Translations under genes and position numbers: made by a program
Origin: Alphaproteobacteria bacterium
GTDB lineage: Bacteria; Pseudomonadota; Alphaproteobacteria; Rs-D84
Reading direction: 5' to 3'
Length of the DNA: 64,000 nt
Assembly: GCA_017549445.1 (NCBI GenBank)
Contig: JAFYUU010000015.1
Span: 58,767 to 122,766 of the forward strand
The notes under the pieces: generated by a model
Told to the model about the DNA's origin: nothing
Seen by the model: only the letters and a program-made list of their open reading frames with translations
Database searches by the model: none
In this document: positions 1 through 9,242 of the stretch, in pieces
How positions within the stretch are numbered: position 1 is the first letter of the stretch
How the letters are laid out: each line of letters begins with the position of its first letter

Positions 1-606
1 GTAGTCATCACCACCACTGGTGCTGATTGTTTTATGCCGTTGAATTTGGAAATAGTCCTTGCCGAAATTTGTTTTCGTTTTCAATCCATTAAACGCCACA
101 TCTGTCTTTGCACCTGTTGCATCAACCACGGACCAAGAATTTAATTTCACGGGACTTTTATCGAACACCACCGTCATATACCCCAAACCTTCTTGTCCAC
201 GCAGATTCATTTTCAATGCAAAAGTATTTTTATCACTGCTAGTTTCCACCACACTGATATCAGCATTTTGCAAATCAATATTTTTTCTGATTAGAATCCC
301 TGCTGGTGTGCTGGTCAATGGCACAGTTGTAATTTGGTCCAGTGATTTATCAAAGAAATACAAATCCTTGCCATCTGCAATCAACTGCACAGGCATATTT
401 TTATAATCCAATCTCACCCGTCCTGGTCGCAACATTGCGAAATCGCCCTTTTCTTTTTTACCATTTGCGACTTGCACAAATTCACCACTTAAACCCGACA
501 CAGAATTCAGATATTTTTCTGCCTGATTGACCAGCGAACTATCAACATCCGCCCAAACATTTCCTATTGCAAACACACATAAAAATATAATCAAAAATTT
601 TTTCAT
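1..606 (-). CDS. lolA: LolA-like periplasmic lipoprotein carrier, 3' end truncated by the window edge. It is not in the ORF table because there is no stop inside the window.
   Basis: The reverse complement of 604-606 is ATG. Translation gives MKKFLIIFLCVFAIGNVWA (signal peptide) then DVDSSLVNQAEKYLNSVSGLSGEFVQV..., and stays open to position 1. The size and the SGxFxQ segment fit the LolA/LolB-fold family. The six plus-strand ORFs at 59-530 overlap it and are taken as spurious. Confidence 0.5.
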   Translation of the reverse strand, partial: MKKFLIIFLCVFAIGNVWADVDSSLVNQAEKYLNSVSGLSGEFVQVANGKKEKGDFAMLRPGRVRLDYKNMPVQLIADGKDLYFFDKSLDQITTVPLTSTPAGILIRKNIDLQNADISVVETSSDKNTFALKMNLRGQEGLGYMTVVFDKSPVKLNSWSVVDATGAKTDVAFNGLKTKTNFGKDYFQIQRHKTISTSGGDDY

Positions 607-608
607 AC

Positions 609-1559
609 CTATTCCCCCTTGAACAGTTCGATAACCCGTTCCTTTACATTTTCCAGTGTATCATACACCACCGCACCTGCGGCCATATCATGTCCACCAC
701 CCCCCAGTGCCTCGGCAATATGATTTATTGTCTTTCCCCGACTTCGCAAAGATATTCCAATCTGACTATCTTTCTGCTCTTTCAACAGTGCGATATATTC
801 CACCCCCTTGATAGACCCCAGCAGATTCAACACCGTATCCCCACGTCCATCCAAATATTTATAGTCCGCATGCGAAACAATCGCCACCGCCAATCGACCT
901 TTGTAAAAAAACTCTGCCCGTGAAGCGACCCCTGCTTCGGCCAGAACTGCTTTTCTGGGTTTATTACGTAATTTCTCGAACAGCGTCCGCAGACAAACCC
1001 CTTCGTCCACCATTTCACCCATAATTTGCATAACCCGTCCACTTTTGACGAACTTGAAATACCCAGTGTCCGTAATAATGGCAACCGCAATTAAATCCAA
1101 AACATCTATATCATACTTCCACTGTGCCGTCTTCATAATTTCATACAGCACCTGCCCTGTTGCAATTACACCATCATCATTTATGCACAGTTGACCGACA
1201 TGAACGTCATTTTTGTGATGATCAATTTCTGCGACAAACTTTGCATTATCCACAATCGGTTGCGGTCCACCGATGTGCTTTGGCGTGCCATAGTCCAACA
1301 CAATGGCCAAATCAAACACCTGACTTAAATCAACCCGTTCATAATATTTAATCCAACTACGCAGTGGCATCTCGTCCAAATATTCTGGCACATTACCATC
1401 ATACACACACACAGGACGCACCCCGAAATTCAGTTCAATCAGTCGTGCCAATGCCACCACACTGCACAATGAATCGCCATCAGGATTTTTATGTCCCATA
1501 ATTGCGATTGTTTTTGCGTTCTTTATTTTTTCAACAAAGTTTTTCACTAACTCTTTCAT
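609..1559 (-). CDS. nrnA: DHH-family phosphoesterase (NrnA-like bifunctional oligoribonuclease/pAp phosphatase)
   Basis: GHKNPDGDS and DHH-type motifs (DHHKND) are present. It lies adjacent to recJ. Confidence 0.75.
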   Translation of the reverse strand: MKELVKNFVEKIKNAKTIAIMGHKNPDGDSLCSVVALARLIELNFGVRPVCVYDGNVPEYLDEMPLRSWIKYYERVDLSQVFDLAIVLDYGTPKHIGGPQPIVDNAKFVAEIDHHKNDVHVGQLCINDDGVIATGQVLYEIMKTAQWKYDIDVLDLIAVAIITDTGYFKFVKSGRVMQIMGEMVDEGVCLRTLFEKLRNKPRKAVLAEAGVASRAEFFYKGRLAVAIVSHADYKYLDGRGDTVLNLLGSIKGVEYIALLKEQKDSQIGISLRSRGKTINHIAEALGGGGHDMAAGAVVYDTLENVKERVIELFKGE

Positions 1560-1568
1560 TATTCGCCT

Positions 1569-3347
1569 TTATATTGCGATATCTTCTAAAAAGAACTGTG
1601 CGGAAATTCTGCCGTTATATTCGTTCTCTTTCAGTTTGCCTAACATCATTATTTTAATGCCAACATTTGCCTCGTCCAGTAAAAATTTACCAACTGGTGT
1701 GCTTACCAAATTAAATCCAACGAATTGCAACTGCTTGCCATTACTGGTCTGCACCGCCCCACGTATATGCGAACCATTACCCATAATTGACGCATACCGC
1801 AACACCGCCCCTCGCAAAATCAGGGTTGGTTCTGGATTGGCCTGTCCAAATGGTTCCAACGCAACCAATTTATTGACCAACTTCATTGTTGCACCACCTG
1901 CGTCCATTTCGGCATCTGCAATTATCTCTTGCGGTGGTAATTGCCCATTCAGTTGATTTTTCACCGCCTGTTCCAAGAACTTGCAAAATTCTTCTTCTTT
2001 TTCTGCCGGCAAAGAAAACCCTGCTGCTGCTGCATGTCCGCCACCCTCGCTGACAATACCTTGTGCCAATGCATCATGAATAATCTGCCCCAGATCCACC
2101 CCTGGGATTGAACGGCCCGAACCATTTATCTCGCCATCTGTTCTGGTTGCAACACAGGACGGCAAATTATATTTATCTTTCAATCGTCCTGCAATGATAC
2201 CCATCACCCCCCCGTGCCAGTTATCACCACAAACAAACAAACTGCAATGTCCATTGGCACAGCATTTTTCCGCCATTTCTGTTGCACTCAACATAATTGC
2301 ATTTTGGATATCAATACGTTCCTGATTTAATACATGCAGTTTTTCTGCCAAATCATGTGCAATCAGTGGATTATCCGTCAACAGCAATTCCAACGCAGGC
2401 GTTGCCGAATCCAACCGTCCTGCTGCATTCAACCGTGGCCCCAACGCAAATCCGACCGCATAGACAGACATTTTTTTAATCCCCGCCTTGTCCATCAACA
2501 CACGCAACCCCAGATTTTTACATTGTTCCAACACCTTTAACCCAGTTGCAACCAACGCCCGATTTAATCCAATCAACGGCATCGTATCACAAATAGTCCC
2601 CAGTGCGACCAACCCCACATAGTTCAATAAATTTACCTTATCCACTCTGTCTTTTAATTCTGGGTTCAGGTTTCTATGACGCAATTCCCGATTGACCGCC
2701 ACCAACGTTAAAAATGCCACACCGACACCTGCCAAGTATTGCATTTGCGATGTATCATCTGGATGTTTTGGATTTATAATTGCATGTGCATCTGGCAAGA
2801 CCGCATCAGGCGAATGATGATCCGTCACCACTACCTGCATACCGCATTTTTTTGCTTGCTCAACCTCGTCAACCCCACTGATACCACAGTCAACCGTCAC
2901 CAGTAATTTTACACCCTGATTTGCGATTTCTTGAACAGCATTTACATTCAGCCCATACCCTTCGCCTTCACGTGTTGGCAGATGCCACACCACATCCGCC
3001 CCCAATTCTTGCAGGTATTTAACAAAGATTGCCGTTGATGTAATTCCATCAACGTCATAATCCCCATATATTGCGATTTTATGATTTTGTTCTATCGCAT
3101 CTGCGATTATTCTGGCCCCGACATCCATATCATGCAGAACCGATGGATCTGGCATATACTCTTTGATACTGGGGTTCAGGAATTTCTGAACATTTCCATC
3201 CCCCACAACACCCCTGCTGGTCAGTATTTTATTTACCAGATTATCCGTTGTTGCAATATCTTCATTTTCATACGTCGGCACCATCCATGCCCGTCCCAGC
3301 ATGGATTTTTCTACTATCTTCTTCACGCTATACTCTTTTTTTCTCAA
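1569..3347 (-). CDS. recJ: single-stranded-DNA-specific exonuclease RecJ
   Basis: 592 aa with DHH motifs (DVDGITS, VTDHH) and a DHHA1 GGGHAAAAG segment. Confidence 0.9.
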   Translation of the reverse strand: MRKKEYSVKKIVEKSMLGRAWMVPTYENEDIATTDNLVNKILTSRGVVGDGNVQKFLNPSIKEYMPDPSVLHDMDVGARIIADAIEQNHKIAIYGDYDVDGITSTAIFVKYLQELGADVVWHLPTREGEGYGLNVNAVQEIANQGVKLLVTVDCGISGVDEVEQAKKCGMQVVVTDHHSPDAVLPDAHAIINPKHPDDTSQMQYLAGVGVAFLTLVAVNRELRHRNLNPELKDRVDKVNLLNYVGLVALGTICDTMPLIGLNRALVATGLKVLEQCKNLGLRVLMDKAGIKKMSVYAVGFALGPRLNAAGRLDSATPALELLLTDNPLIAHDLAEKLHVLNQERIDIQNAIMLSATEMAEKCCANGHCSLFVCGDNWHGGVMGIIAGRLKDKYNLPSCVATRTDGEINGSGRSIPGVDLGQIIHDALAQGIVSEGGGHAAAAGFSLPAEKEEEFCKFLEQAVKNQLNGQLPPQEIIADAEMDAGGATMKLVNKLVALEPFGQANPEPTLILRGAVLRYASIMGNGSHIRGAVQTSNGKQLQFVGFNLVSTPVGKFLLDEANVGIKIMMLGKLKENEYNGRISAQFFLEDIAI

Positions 3348-3365
3348 GAGTATTATAATCGAAAA

Positions 3366-4994
3366 TTATTCAAATAGCAACGGCAGTATGCGATCAAGAA
3401 TTTTTCCCGTTGTCGGCACTGAATTCCACGCGGCAGTTTTCCAGTATTTTCCCTTTTCTGGCTGTGGTTCGTCCATCACAACCAACGTAATATATTGCGG
3501 TGCATTTGCCGGGAATATAGACACATATGCGGTCACATTACGTTTGCTGTCAACCTTGCCATTAGTATATTTTTCTGCCGTTGCGGTCTTACCCCCAATT
3601 TGCACACCAACAACCCGTGCCCCTTTACCACTGGTCTCTTCGCTGACCCGCACCATAATATCACGAATTTTTGCAGAAATTTCTGGATCCAGCACCCGTT
3701 CCCCACGCACCTTGCCCAAACCACGTTTTTTCAACGTAGGATAGATATAGAATCCACCATTTGTCACCGCATTCACCGCCAGCATCAGGTGCATTGGCGT
3801 CACCGACATACCGTGTCCATATGACAACGTTGCCCGTTCCACTGGCCCCCATTTTGGTGGCATCAGCGACCGCCCTGTTTTACCAAATTCTAATTCCAGC
3901 GCATCATCAAAATGTAATCTTTCAAAGAATTCTTTTTGTGCATCATCTGGCAAATCCATTGCGATTTGAGCACTGCCAACATTGCACGAATGCACCATAA
4001 TTTCTTCGACTGTCAAATTTGGTCTTGGCGGTTTAAACGAAGGATGATCACGCACGGTCTTGACAGCCTTGCCATTTTTCAACCTGACCTTGAACGGTTC
4101 TTTGATATAGTATTGATGATTGACATCTATACCGTTTTCCAACGCCAACGCAGTATTAAATATCTTAAATATAGACCCCGGCTCATAAACGGCACGCATT
4201 GGTTTGAACATACGATTTGCAACCGGATCCAGGTTTAGATTTTCTGGGTCATAGTCCGGCAACGACACCATTGCCACAATTTCGCCGGTTCTGCTGTTCA
4301 TCATCATACCCATTGCGGACTTGGCCTGATACTTTTGCATTGCGATTGACAACTGTTCATAGAACACCGCCTGAATACGTGCGTCCAGTGACAACTGCAA
4401 CGGATCTGCATTTTCTGTCAGATAATCATCAAATGCCCGTTCTGCCCCTTCCAGTCCATGCCCTTCATTTCCGACAAAACCAACCGCATGCGAAAAAGAC
4501 CGTCCCTTTGGATATTTTCTATCCTGCACCGATTCGATTTCCAACCCCCGCAACCGTGCTTTTTTAATCATATCTCGCTGATTATCACTGACATATTTTT
4601 TCAGATAAATAAATCTTCTGCCAGAATTCACCAGATTCAATGCATCTTGCAGTGAATAATCATACGGCAACACCTGATGAATCATATTTGCAACGGCTTC
4701 CTTGTCGGTCACATCACGATTACGCAACGTTATATGCCCCGACATCACATTTTTAGCCAGCACATCACCATTTCTATCCACAATATCGGCACGTTTCACC
4801 ATCCACTGCCCATTTGCGACCCCCCGCCGTGTTTTATCAGTTCCACTGATTCCATACGTCAAAGTCACTGCAATAAACACGATAAAGACCGCCCGAATCC
4901 ACCAATAAACTGTTTTCATTGGTTTGCGTCCGGCATCACCGCCTTGGATTCCAGTAAATCCCCGACTAAAAATATCCTTTCCAACTTTAATCAT
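3366..4994 (-). CDS. ftsI: peptidoglycan D,D-transpeptidase, class B PBP (FtsI/PBP3-like)
   Basis: N-terminal TM helix plus the SxxK (GSIFK), SxN (HSCN) and KTG (GKTAT) motifs. Confidence 0.8.
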   Translation of the reverse strand: MIKVGKDIFSRGFTGIQGGDAGRKPMKTVYWWIRAVFIVFIAVTLTYGISGTDKTRRGVANGQWMVKRADIVDRNGDVLAKNVMSGHITLRNRDVTDKEAVANMIHQVLPYDYSLQDALNLVNSGRRFIYLKKYVSDNQRDMIKKARLRGLEIESVQDRKYPKGRSFSHAVGFVGNEGHGLEGAERAFDDYLTENADPLQLSLDARIQAVFYEQLSIAMQKYQAKSAMGMMMNSRTGEIVAMVSLPDYDPENLNLDPVANRMFKPMRAVYEPGSIFKIFNTALALENGIDVNHQYYIKEPFKVRLKNGKAVKTVRDHPSFKPPRPNLTVEEIMVHSCNVGSAQIAMDLPDDAQKEFFERLHFDDALELEFGKTGRSLMPPKWGPVERATLSYGHGMSVTPMHLMLAVNAVTNGGFYIYPTLKKRGLGKVRGERVLDPEISAKIRDIMVRVSEETSGKGARVVGVQIGGKTATAEKYTNGKVDSKRNVTAYVSIFPANAPQYITLVVMDEPQPEKGKYWKTAAWNSVPTTGKILDRILPLLFE

Positions 4995-5301
4995 CTACCT
5001 TGCTGTCTTTTCTTTCTGGCAAATCATCTATTGAAATATGTTTTCCGAACCCGATTGCGGTTGCATCTGGCACCACCAACCCCACCAGATTTCTTAATAT
5101 TTCTGGTCTTTTCAATCCTTCAAACTTGGTAATTGCATCTGCGGTATCTTGTTGCACACGCACGATTTCCGCCCTGACATAGTTTCTTGCACTATTCTGA
5201 CTGCGGTAAAGAACCTGCAACACGACCGTCAGGAACACCGCCGTCCCCAGTATCCACCAACCTATATGATACATTTTTTCTTCGTCATTCATCTCTGCCA
5301 C
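4987..5301 (-). CDS. ftsL: FtsL-like bitopic cell-division protein
   Basis: 104 aa with a single TM helix then a coiled-coil-like region. It sits immediately upstream of the PBP gene and overlaps it by 8 nt. Confidence 0.45.
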   Translation of the reverse strand: MAEMNDEEKMYHIGWWILGTAVFLTVVLQVLYRSQNSARNYVRAEIVRVQQDTADAITKFEGLKRPEILRNLVGLVVPDATAIGFGKHISIDDLPERKDSKVDD

Positions 5302-5331
5302 ACGTCCCGTTTATTATTCCCATACAGTGTA

Positions 5332-5706
5332 TCACAAATTCTGCAAAAAACGAATCATAGAATTTAATCCATTTAATCTACCCGCCCCCAAATTGATATC
5401 CAGCGAATTAAATTCTCCATACAAATCCATCTGTTTAATTTCTTGTGGTGTTTTTCCCCGCACCATTTCAATCAGAATTGCGACCACACCACGCACCAAT
5501 GCCGAATCGGCACGTGCAAACAAATCCCCACCACGAACACAAATTTCCACCTGTGATGCACATCCTAAAATTTCACTACACACGGCGTTCTGTGGCACCT
5601 GTTCCAGATTTTTTCCAAAATCCATCACCATTTCTAATTTTTCAACTGGATTGTCAATCATTTCCAAGGTGCTTTTCATCTGTTCATATGTCATATCAAT
5701 CACCAC
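5332..5706 (-). CDS. sufE: SufE-like sulfur acceptor protein
   Basis: Conserved ILGCASQV motif around the cysteine. Size fits SufE. Confidence 0.7.
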   Translation of the reverse strand: MVIDMTYEQMKSTLEMIDNPVEKLEMVMDFGKNLEQVPQNAVCSEILGCASQVEICVRGGDLFARADSALVRGVVAILIEMVRGKTPQEIKQMDLYGEFNSLDINLGAGRLNGLNSMIRFLQNL

Positions 5707-6011
5707 CCCTGTTCAGTCAAATCTAATTCCAACCGTGCCACATCCGACATCTTGGACAAATCCCATGGCGGATCCCATACCAGTTCAACCCGCACAGGTA
5801 TTTCACCTGCGATATTTTGGACCGCATTTTTAACCTGTTCCAACATTTCTTCCATCATCGGACACGTTGGACTGGTAAAGGTCATTTTTATTACAATCTC
5901 GTCATCTTTAATTTCGATATCATATATCAGTCCCAACTCCCAAATATCCACAGGTATTTCTGGGTCATAGACAGTTTTCAATACCGCAATTACGTTATCC
6001 CGACTTATCAT
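5700..6011 (-). CDS. DUF59/MIP18-family Fe-S assembly protein (SufT-like)
   Basis: VYDPEIPVDIWELGLIY...TSPTCP motif characteristic of DUF59. Confidence 0.7.
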   Translation of the reverse strand: MISRDNVIAVLKTVYDPEIPVDIWELGLIYDIEIKDDEIVIKMTFTSPTCPMMEEMLEQVKNAVQNIAGEIPVRVELVWDPPWDLSKMSDVARLELDLTEQGW

Positions 6012-7117
6012 TTCACAACACCTTTTATAATTTCCAAGGCCCTTTTTATTTCATCTTCTGTATTTTGTGGTCCAACCGATATACGCACCGAACCTGGGAT
6101 TTGCAAATATTTATGAATCCAAGACGCACACATATTCCCCACACGCAGACACACACCACCTGCCCCAACCAACGCACCAAAATCCAACACATGCATATCA
6201 TCTATGACAAACGTCAACAACGACGCATCACGTGGCGAAATAATTTTCACACGTTTATTTTTTTGCAATTCATCATACATATATTTAATCAATCCCAAAT
6301 CAGGCCGTTTCTTTTTCAGACAATCTATTGCAACCACCAACCCCGAAATCTGTGTCAAAGGCAACGTTCCCGCCTCAAAGCATTCTGGCACGTCCACCGC
6401 CACCCATGAATTGTCATCATTTACAACCTTGACCATTCCGCCACCGAATTTGTCAGGCCTCCACCGACAGGGTTCCTTCATATACATTACCCCCACCCCG
6501 GTATCCGCACCAATTTTATGTCCAGAAAACACAACAAAATCCGCATCCCACAATTTTACATTTATATCACAGTGAACAACAAATTGTGTTGCATCTACCA
6601 CCACAATAACATTTGGATTTTTTTCACGTGCCTTGCGAACAATATTTTGCACATCTTGTGCAACCCCAATCACATTAGACATCGCACTGACAATCAATAC
6701 ATCAACCTGTGGTATTTTTTCTGTGTCTATATTCAACGCATTGTCCAGTGGGCACACCACCACCTGTCCGCCACACGCCACGAACGGCAAACGTGCACTG
6801 TGATGATCTAAATCAGACACCCCCACAACCGTATTTTTATCCACCCCAACTATATTTACGATTCGGCTCAATGCATCTGTTGCCCCCCCTGTCCAGACAA
6901 TCTGTGATTTATCTGCACCGATAAAGTCAGCCACCGAATTACGTGCCCCATCAATCATTTTATCAACATTTGTGACCCGTTCGCACACCCCCCGACCGGC
7001 ATTAGCATACTTTTCCCCCAGAAAATCCGCCATATTTTGGATTACCTGCTGTGGTTTTTGCATTGACGCAGCAGTGTCTAAATATATGATTTTATTCATT
7101 TTGTTTTTCTCTTGCAT
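6008..7117 (-). CDS. sufS: class V aminotransferase, cysteine desulfurase (SufS/NifS-like)
   Basis: YLDTAAS N-terminus and an SGHK PLP-lysine motif. It overlaps the DUF59 gene by 4 nt, so they are probably an operon. Confidence 0.8.
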   Translation of the reverse strand: MQEKNKMNKIIYLDTAASMQKPQQVIQNMADFLGEKYANAGRGVCERVTNVDKMIDGARNSVADFIGADKSQIVWTGGATDALSRIVNIVGVDKNTVVGVSDLDHHSARLPFVACGGQVVVCPLDNALNIDTEKIPQVDVLIVSAMSNVIGVAQDVQNIVRKAREKNPNVIVVVDATQFVVHCDINVKLWDADFVVFSGHKIGADTGVGVMYMKEPCRWRPDKFGGGMVKVVNDDNSWVAVDVPECFEAGTLPLTQISGLVVAIDCLKKKRPDLGLIKYMYDELQKNKRVKIISPRDASLLTFVIDDMHVLDFGALVGAGGVCLRVGNMCASWIHKYLQIPGSVRISVGPQNTEDEIKRALEIIKGVVK

Positions 7118-7175
7118 TTTACGGCGATTATAATAAAGTTATGCCAAATATCAATAAATATCCAAGGGGGAAAAG

Positions 7176-7499
7176 ATGGCTGTTAAACACGCGAACGATG
7201 AAACATTTGCAGAAATGATTGGCACTGGCATAACGCTGGTTGACTTTTGGGCTGCCTGGTGTGGTCCCTGCCGTATGTTTGGTCCTATATTCGAAGAAAC
7301 ATCTGACAAATTATCGGACGTGAACTTTATAAAGTTCGAGATTGACGAAACGAATCGACGCACCCCTGCGAAATATGGCATTCGCAGTATTCCATGCGTT
7401 CTTGCATTCAAGAACGGCGAATTGGTCGAGGCACGCACCGGCCTAATGGACGGCGACACATTGATTGACTGGGTAAAGGAATTAAACAATGGCAACTGA
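7176..7499 (+). CDS. trxA: thioredoxin
   Basis: WCGPC active site, 107 aa. GGGGG Shine-Dalgarno upstream. Confidence 0.9.
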   Translation: MAVKHANDETFAEMIGTGITLVDFWAAWCGPCRMFGPIFEETSDKLSDVNFIKFEIDETNRRTPAKYGIRSIPCVLAFKNGELVEARTGLMDGDTLIDWVKELNNGN

Positions 7500-7920
7500 A
7501 AATTACAAGACGATTGAATTACCGTCAAAATATACACCCAAAAAGACCGAACCCTACATGTGCCCAATGCACTTGGCATATTTCTATCACGTTTTAACGA
7601 CCCAAAAGGACGAATTGATAAGTGAACGTGATGGCGTATTAAATGCGGTTCGTCTGGCGGAAAAAACAAACAACGCCGGTGTTGGCGATGAATCAGACAA
7701 TGCGACCTATAACCAGGACATAACAATGGACCTGCGTATATCCGAACGTAATAATAAATTGTTGCAGAAAATCAACGCGGCCCTGGACAGGATTGAAAAC
7801 GGCACCTATGGATACAGTGTTGTATCTGGTGACGAAATCGGTATCAAACGCCTGATGGCCCGTCCCTTGGCAACAATGACGGTTGAAGAACAAGAAGAAT
7901 ACGAACAACGTCGTGGTTAA
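7489..7920 (+). CDS. dksA: DksA/TraR-family regulator whose C4 zinc-finger cysteines are replaced
   Basis: DksA-like N-terminus (YTPKKTEPYM...) and coiled coil. The C-terminus reads ENGTYGYSVVSGDEI where the CxxC...CxxC finger would be. Confidence 0.65.
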   Translation: MATENYKTIELPSKYTPKKTEPYMCPMHLAYFYHVLTTQKDELISERDGVLNAVRLAEKTNNAGVGDESDNATYNQDITMDLRISERNNKLLQKINAALDRIENGTYGYSVVSGDEIGIKRLMARPLATMTVEEQEEYEQRRG

Positions 7921-7946
7921 AAAAATCCCCCAAACGGGGGATTTCT
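7921..7946. terminator. bidirectional intrinsic terminator between dksA-like and tatA
   Basis: AAAAATCCCCCAAACGGGGGATTTC hairpin flanked by A/T runs, between convergent genes. Confidence 0.6.
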
Positions 7947-8132
7947 TTATTTCTTTGCTGACTTTTTTCTGGGGCTACTTTTTGCCACTTTTTTATCATC
8001 ATCTTTCAGTTCTTTTTTGAACGTCTTGATTCCTTTGGCAAAATCCCCCAAAAGCGCAGATATTCTTTTGGTTCCAAACAACAAGAACACCAACAGAACA
8101 ATCAGCAGAATTTCCAACCAACCTAATCTCAT
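7947..8132 (-). CDS. tatA: twin-arginine translocase subunit TatA/E
   Basis: 61 aa. N-terminal TM helix then the amphipathic FGTKRISALLGDFAKGIKTFKK signature. Confidence 0.8.
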   Translation of the reverse strand: MRLGWLEILLIVLLVFLLFGTKRISALLGDFAKGIKTFKKELKDDDKKVAKSSPRKKSAKK

Positions 8133-8148
8133 TTTTGGCTCCTTTTAA

Positions 8149-8943
8149 TTATTTTGCGACATAGCAATCCAAACCATCGGATTTTGCATTGCGACAGAAT
8201 CCATTTGCATCCGCCGATGTCTTGAACGCAACACGCAAACGATATGTTGTTGTTCCATTTTTCAACTGTGCAGCCAAGATAACAAACTGTTTTCCTTGGA
8301 ACAAACTTGGGTGAGCATTACGAATCTGCCGTTGTGCATTTTCCGCCAATGCCCGTGTGCTGTATGATCCGAATTGAACATACCAAGACCCTGCTGGTGC
8401 CGAACTGGCAGTTTTCTGAACTGCTGGCTTTTTTGCAACCGGTTTTGGCTGTGGCTTTGGTGTTGGTTTTGCCACTGGCTTTGGTGTCTCGGCATTTGGA
8501 TTAAATGTCACTTCTTTTCTTTCTTCTACAACACGCACCGGCACACCTGCGGTCTGCTGTGCAGGTTGCGGCTGTGCGACTGGCTGTGGTTTTACCACAG
8601 GTTGTGCAACCGGCTGTGGCTGTGGTTGTGGCTGTGCGACTGGCTGTGGTGCGACCTGAACCTGATTTGGTGCCGGTGGCATAACATTCATATCAACTGG
8701 CACGGCCTGTTGTCCATCAACAACCACGGCAGGTGCATCTAAATCAACTTCTATCGAAGACGAAGAATCCCCACCAATTGTGCGAATAATGACATATGTC
8801 GCCAACACGATAACGACCAATCCAACCGTCATCAACAACCATGGTTTTTTTGGACGTGGCGATGCAAAAGGCGATGCCTCGGGCAAAGAATCCAACGTTG
8901 ATTCATCACCTAAATCTAATAAATCCAAATTATCATCATTCAT
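8149..8943 (-). CDS. SPOR-domain membrane protein with a Pro/Gln-rich repetitive linker
   Basis: TM helix, PQPQPQPVAQP repeats and a C-terminal SPOR-like domain (WYVQFGSYSTRALAEN...YRLRV). Confidence 0.8.
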   Translation of the reverse strand: MNDDNLDLLDLGDESTLDSLPEASPFASPRPKKPWLLMTVGLVVIVLATYVIIRTIGGDSSSSIEVDLDAPAVVVDGQQAVPVDMNVMPPAPNQVQVAPQPVAQPQPQPQPVAQPVVKPQPVAQPQPAQQTAGVPVRVVEERKEVTFNPNAETPKPVAKPTPKPQPKPVAKKPAVQKTASSAPAGSWYVQFGSYSTRALAENAQRQIRNAHPSLFQGKQFVILAAQLKNGTTTYRLRVAFKTSADANGFCRNAKSDGLDCYVAK

Positions 8944-9013
8944 AATACAATCTCCCTACATTGATACGAACATTATATCATAAAAAAAGCCAATAACCAA
9001 ATCGTTACAATAA

Positions 9014-9037
9014 AAAAAACGACCAAGGTCGTTTTTT
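9014..9037. terminator. intrinsic terminator after the small lipoprotein gene
   Basis: AAAAACGACCAAGGTCGTTTTTT hairpin with a U-run. Confidence 0.5.
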
Positions 9038-9048
9038 ATTTTTTATGA

Positions 9049-9192
9049 TTATTTTGGCATCTGTCCAAAGTTTGGTGGCACAATCAATTTATGATTTTCT
9101 TCAACGATTGGTTCGACCTCGCACTTGCTGGCACATGCGGTCAACATCACTGGCACCACCAACCAAGCCAATACCAACATAATTTTTTTCAT
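9049..9192 (-). CDS. small lipoprotein, 47 aa (below the ORF-table size cutoff)
   Basis: Hand-translated as MKKIMLVLAWLVVPVMLTACASKCEVEPIVEENHKLIVPPNFGQMPK. Lipobox LTAC, an AAGGGGGAA Shine-Dalgarno 3 nt upstream, and a terminator just after the stop. The plus-strand ORF 9091-9417 opposite it is taken as spurious. Confidence 0.5.
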   Translation of the reverse strand: MKKIMLVLAWLVVPVMLTACASKCEVEPIVEENHKLIVPPNFGQMPK

Positions 9193-9242
9193 AATTTCCC
9201 CCTTTCTTTATTTTTATGGGGCAGATACCCTGCCCCATTATT

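Noticed and set aside
59-530. Plus-strand ORFs at the window start
   Set aside because: They overlap the minus-strand lolA-like gene, which has a signal peptide and a coherent protein sequence.
7947-8132. Solitary tatA with no tatB or tatC nearby as an anomaly
   Set aside because: tatBC can be located elsewhere in the chromosome. This window is not enough to claim absence.
8374-8742. Trp/Cys/Leu-rich 122-aa plus-strand ORF and the neighbouring ORFs at 8262-8504
   Set aside because: They are antisense to the SPOR-protein gene and are generated by its CCACAGCC/PQPQ repeat. This is a low-complexity artefact.
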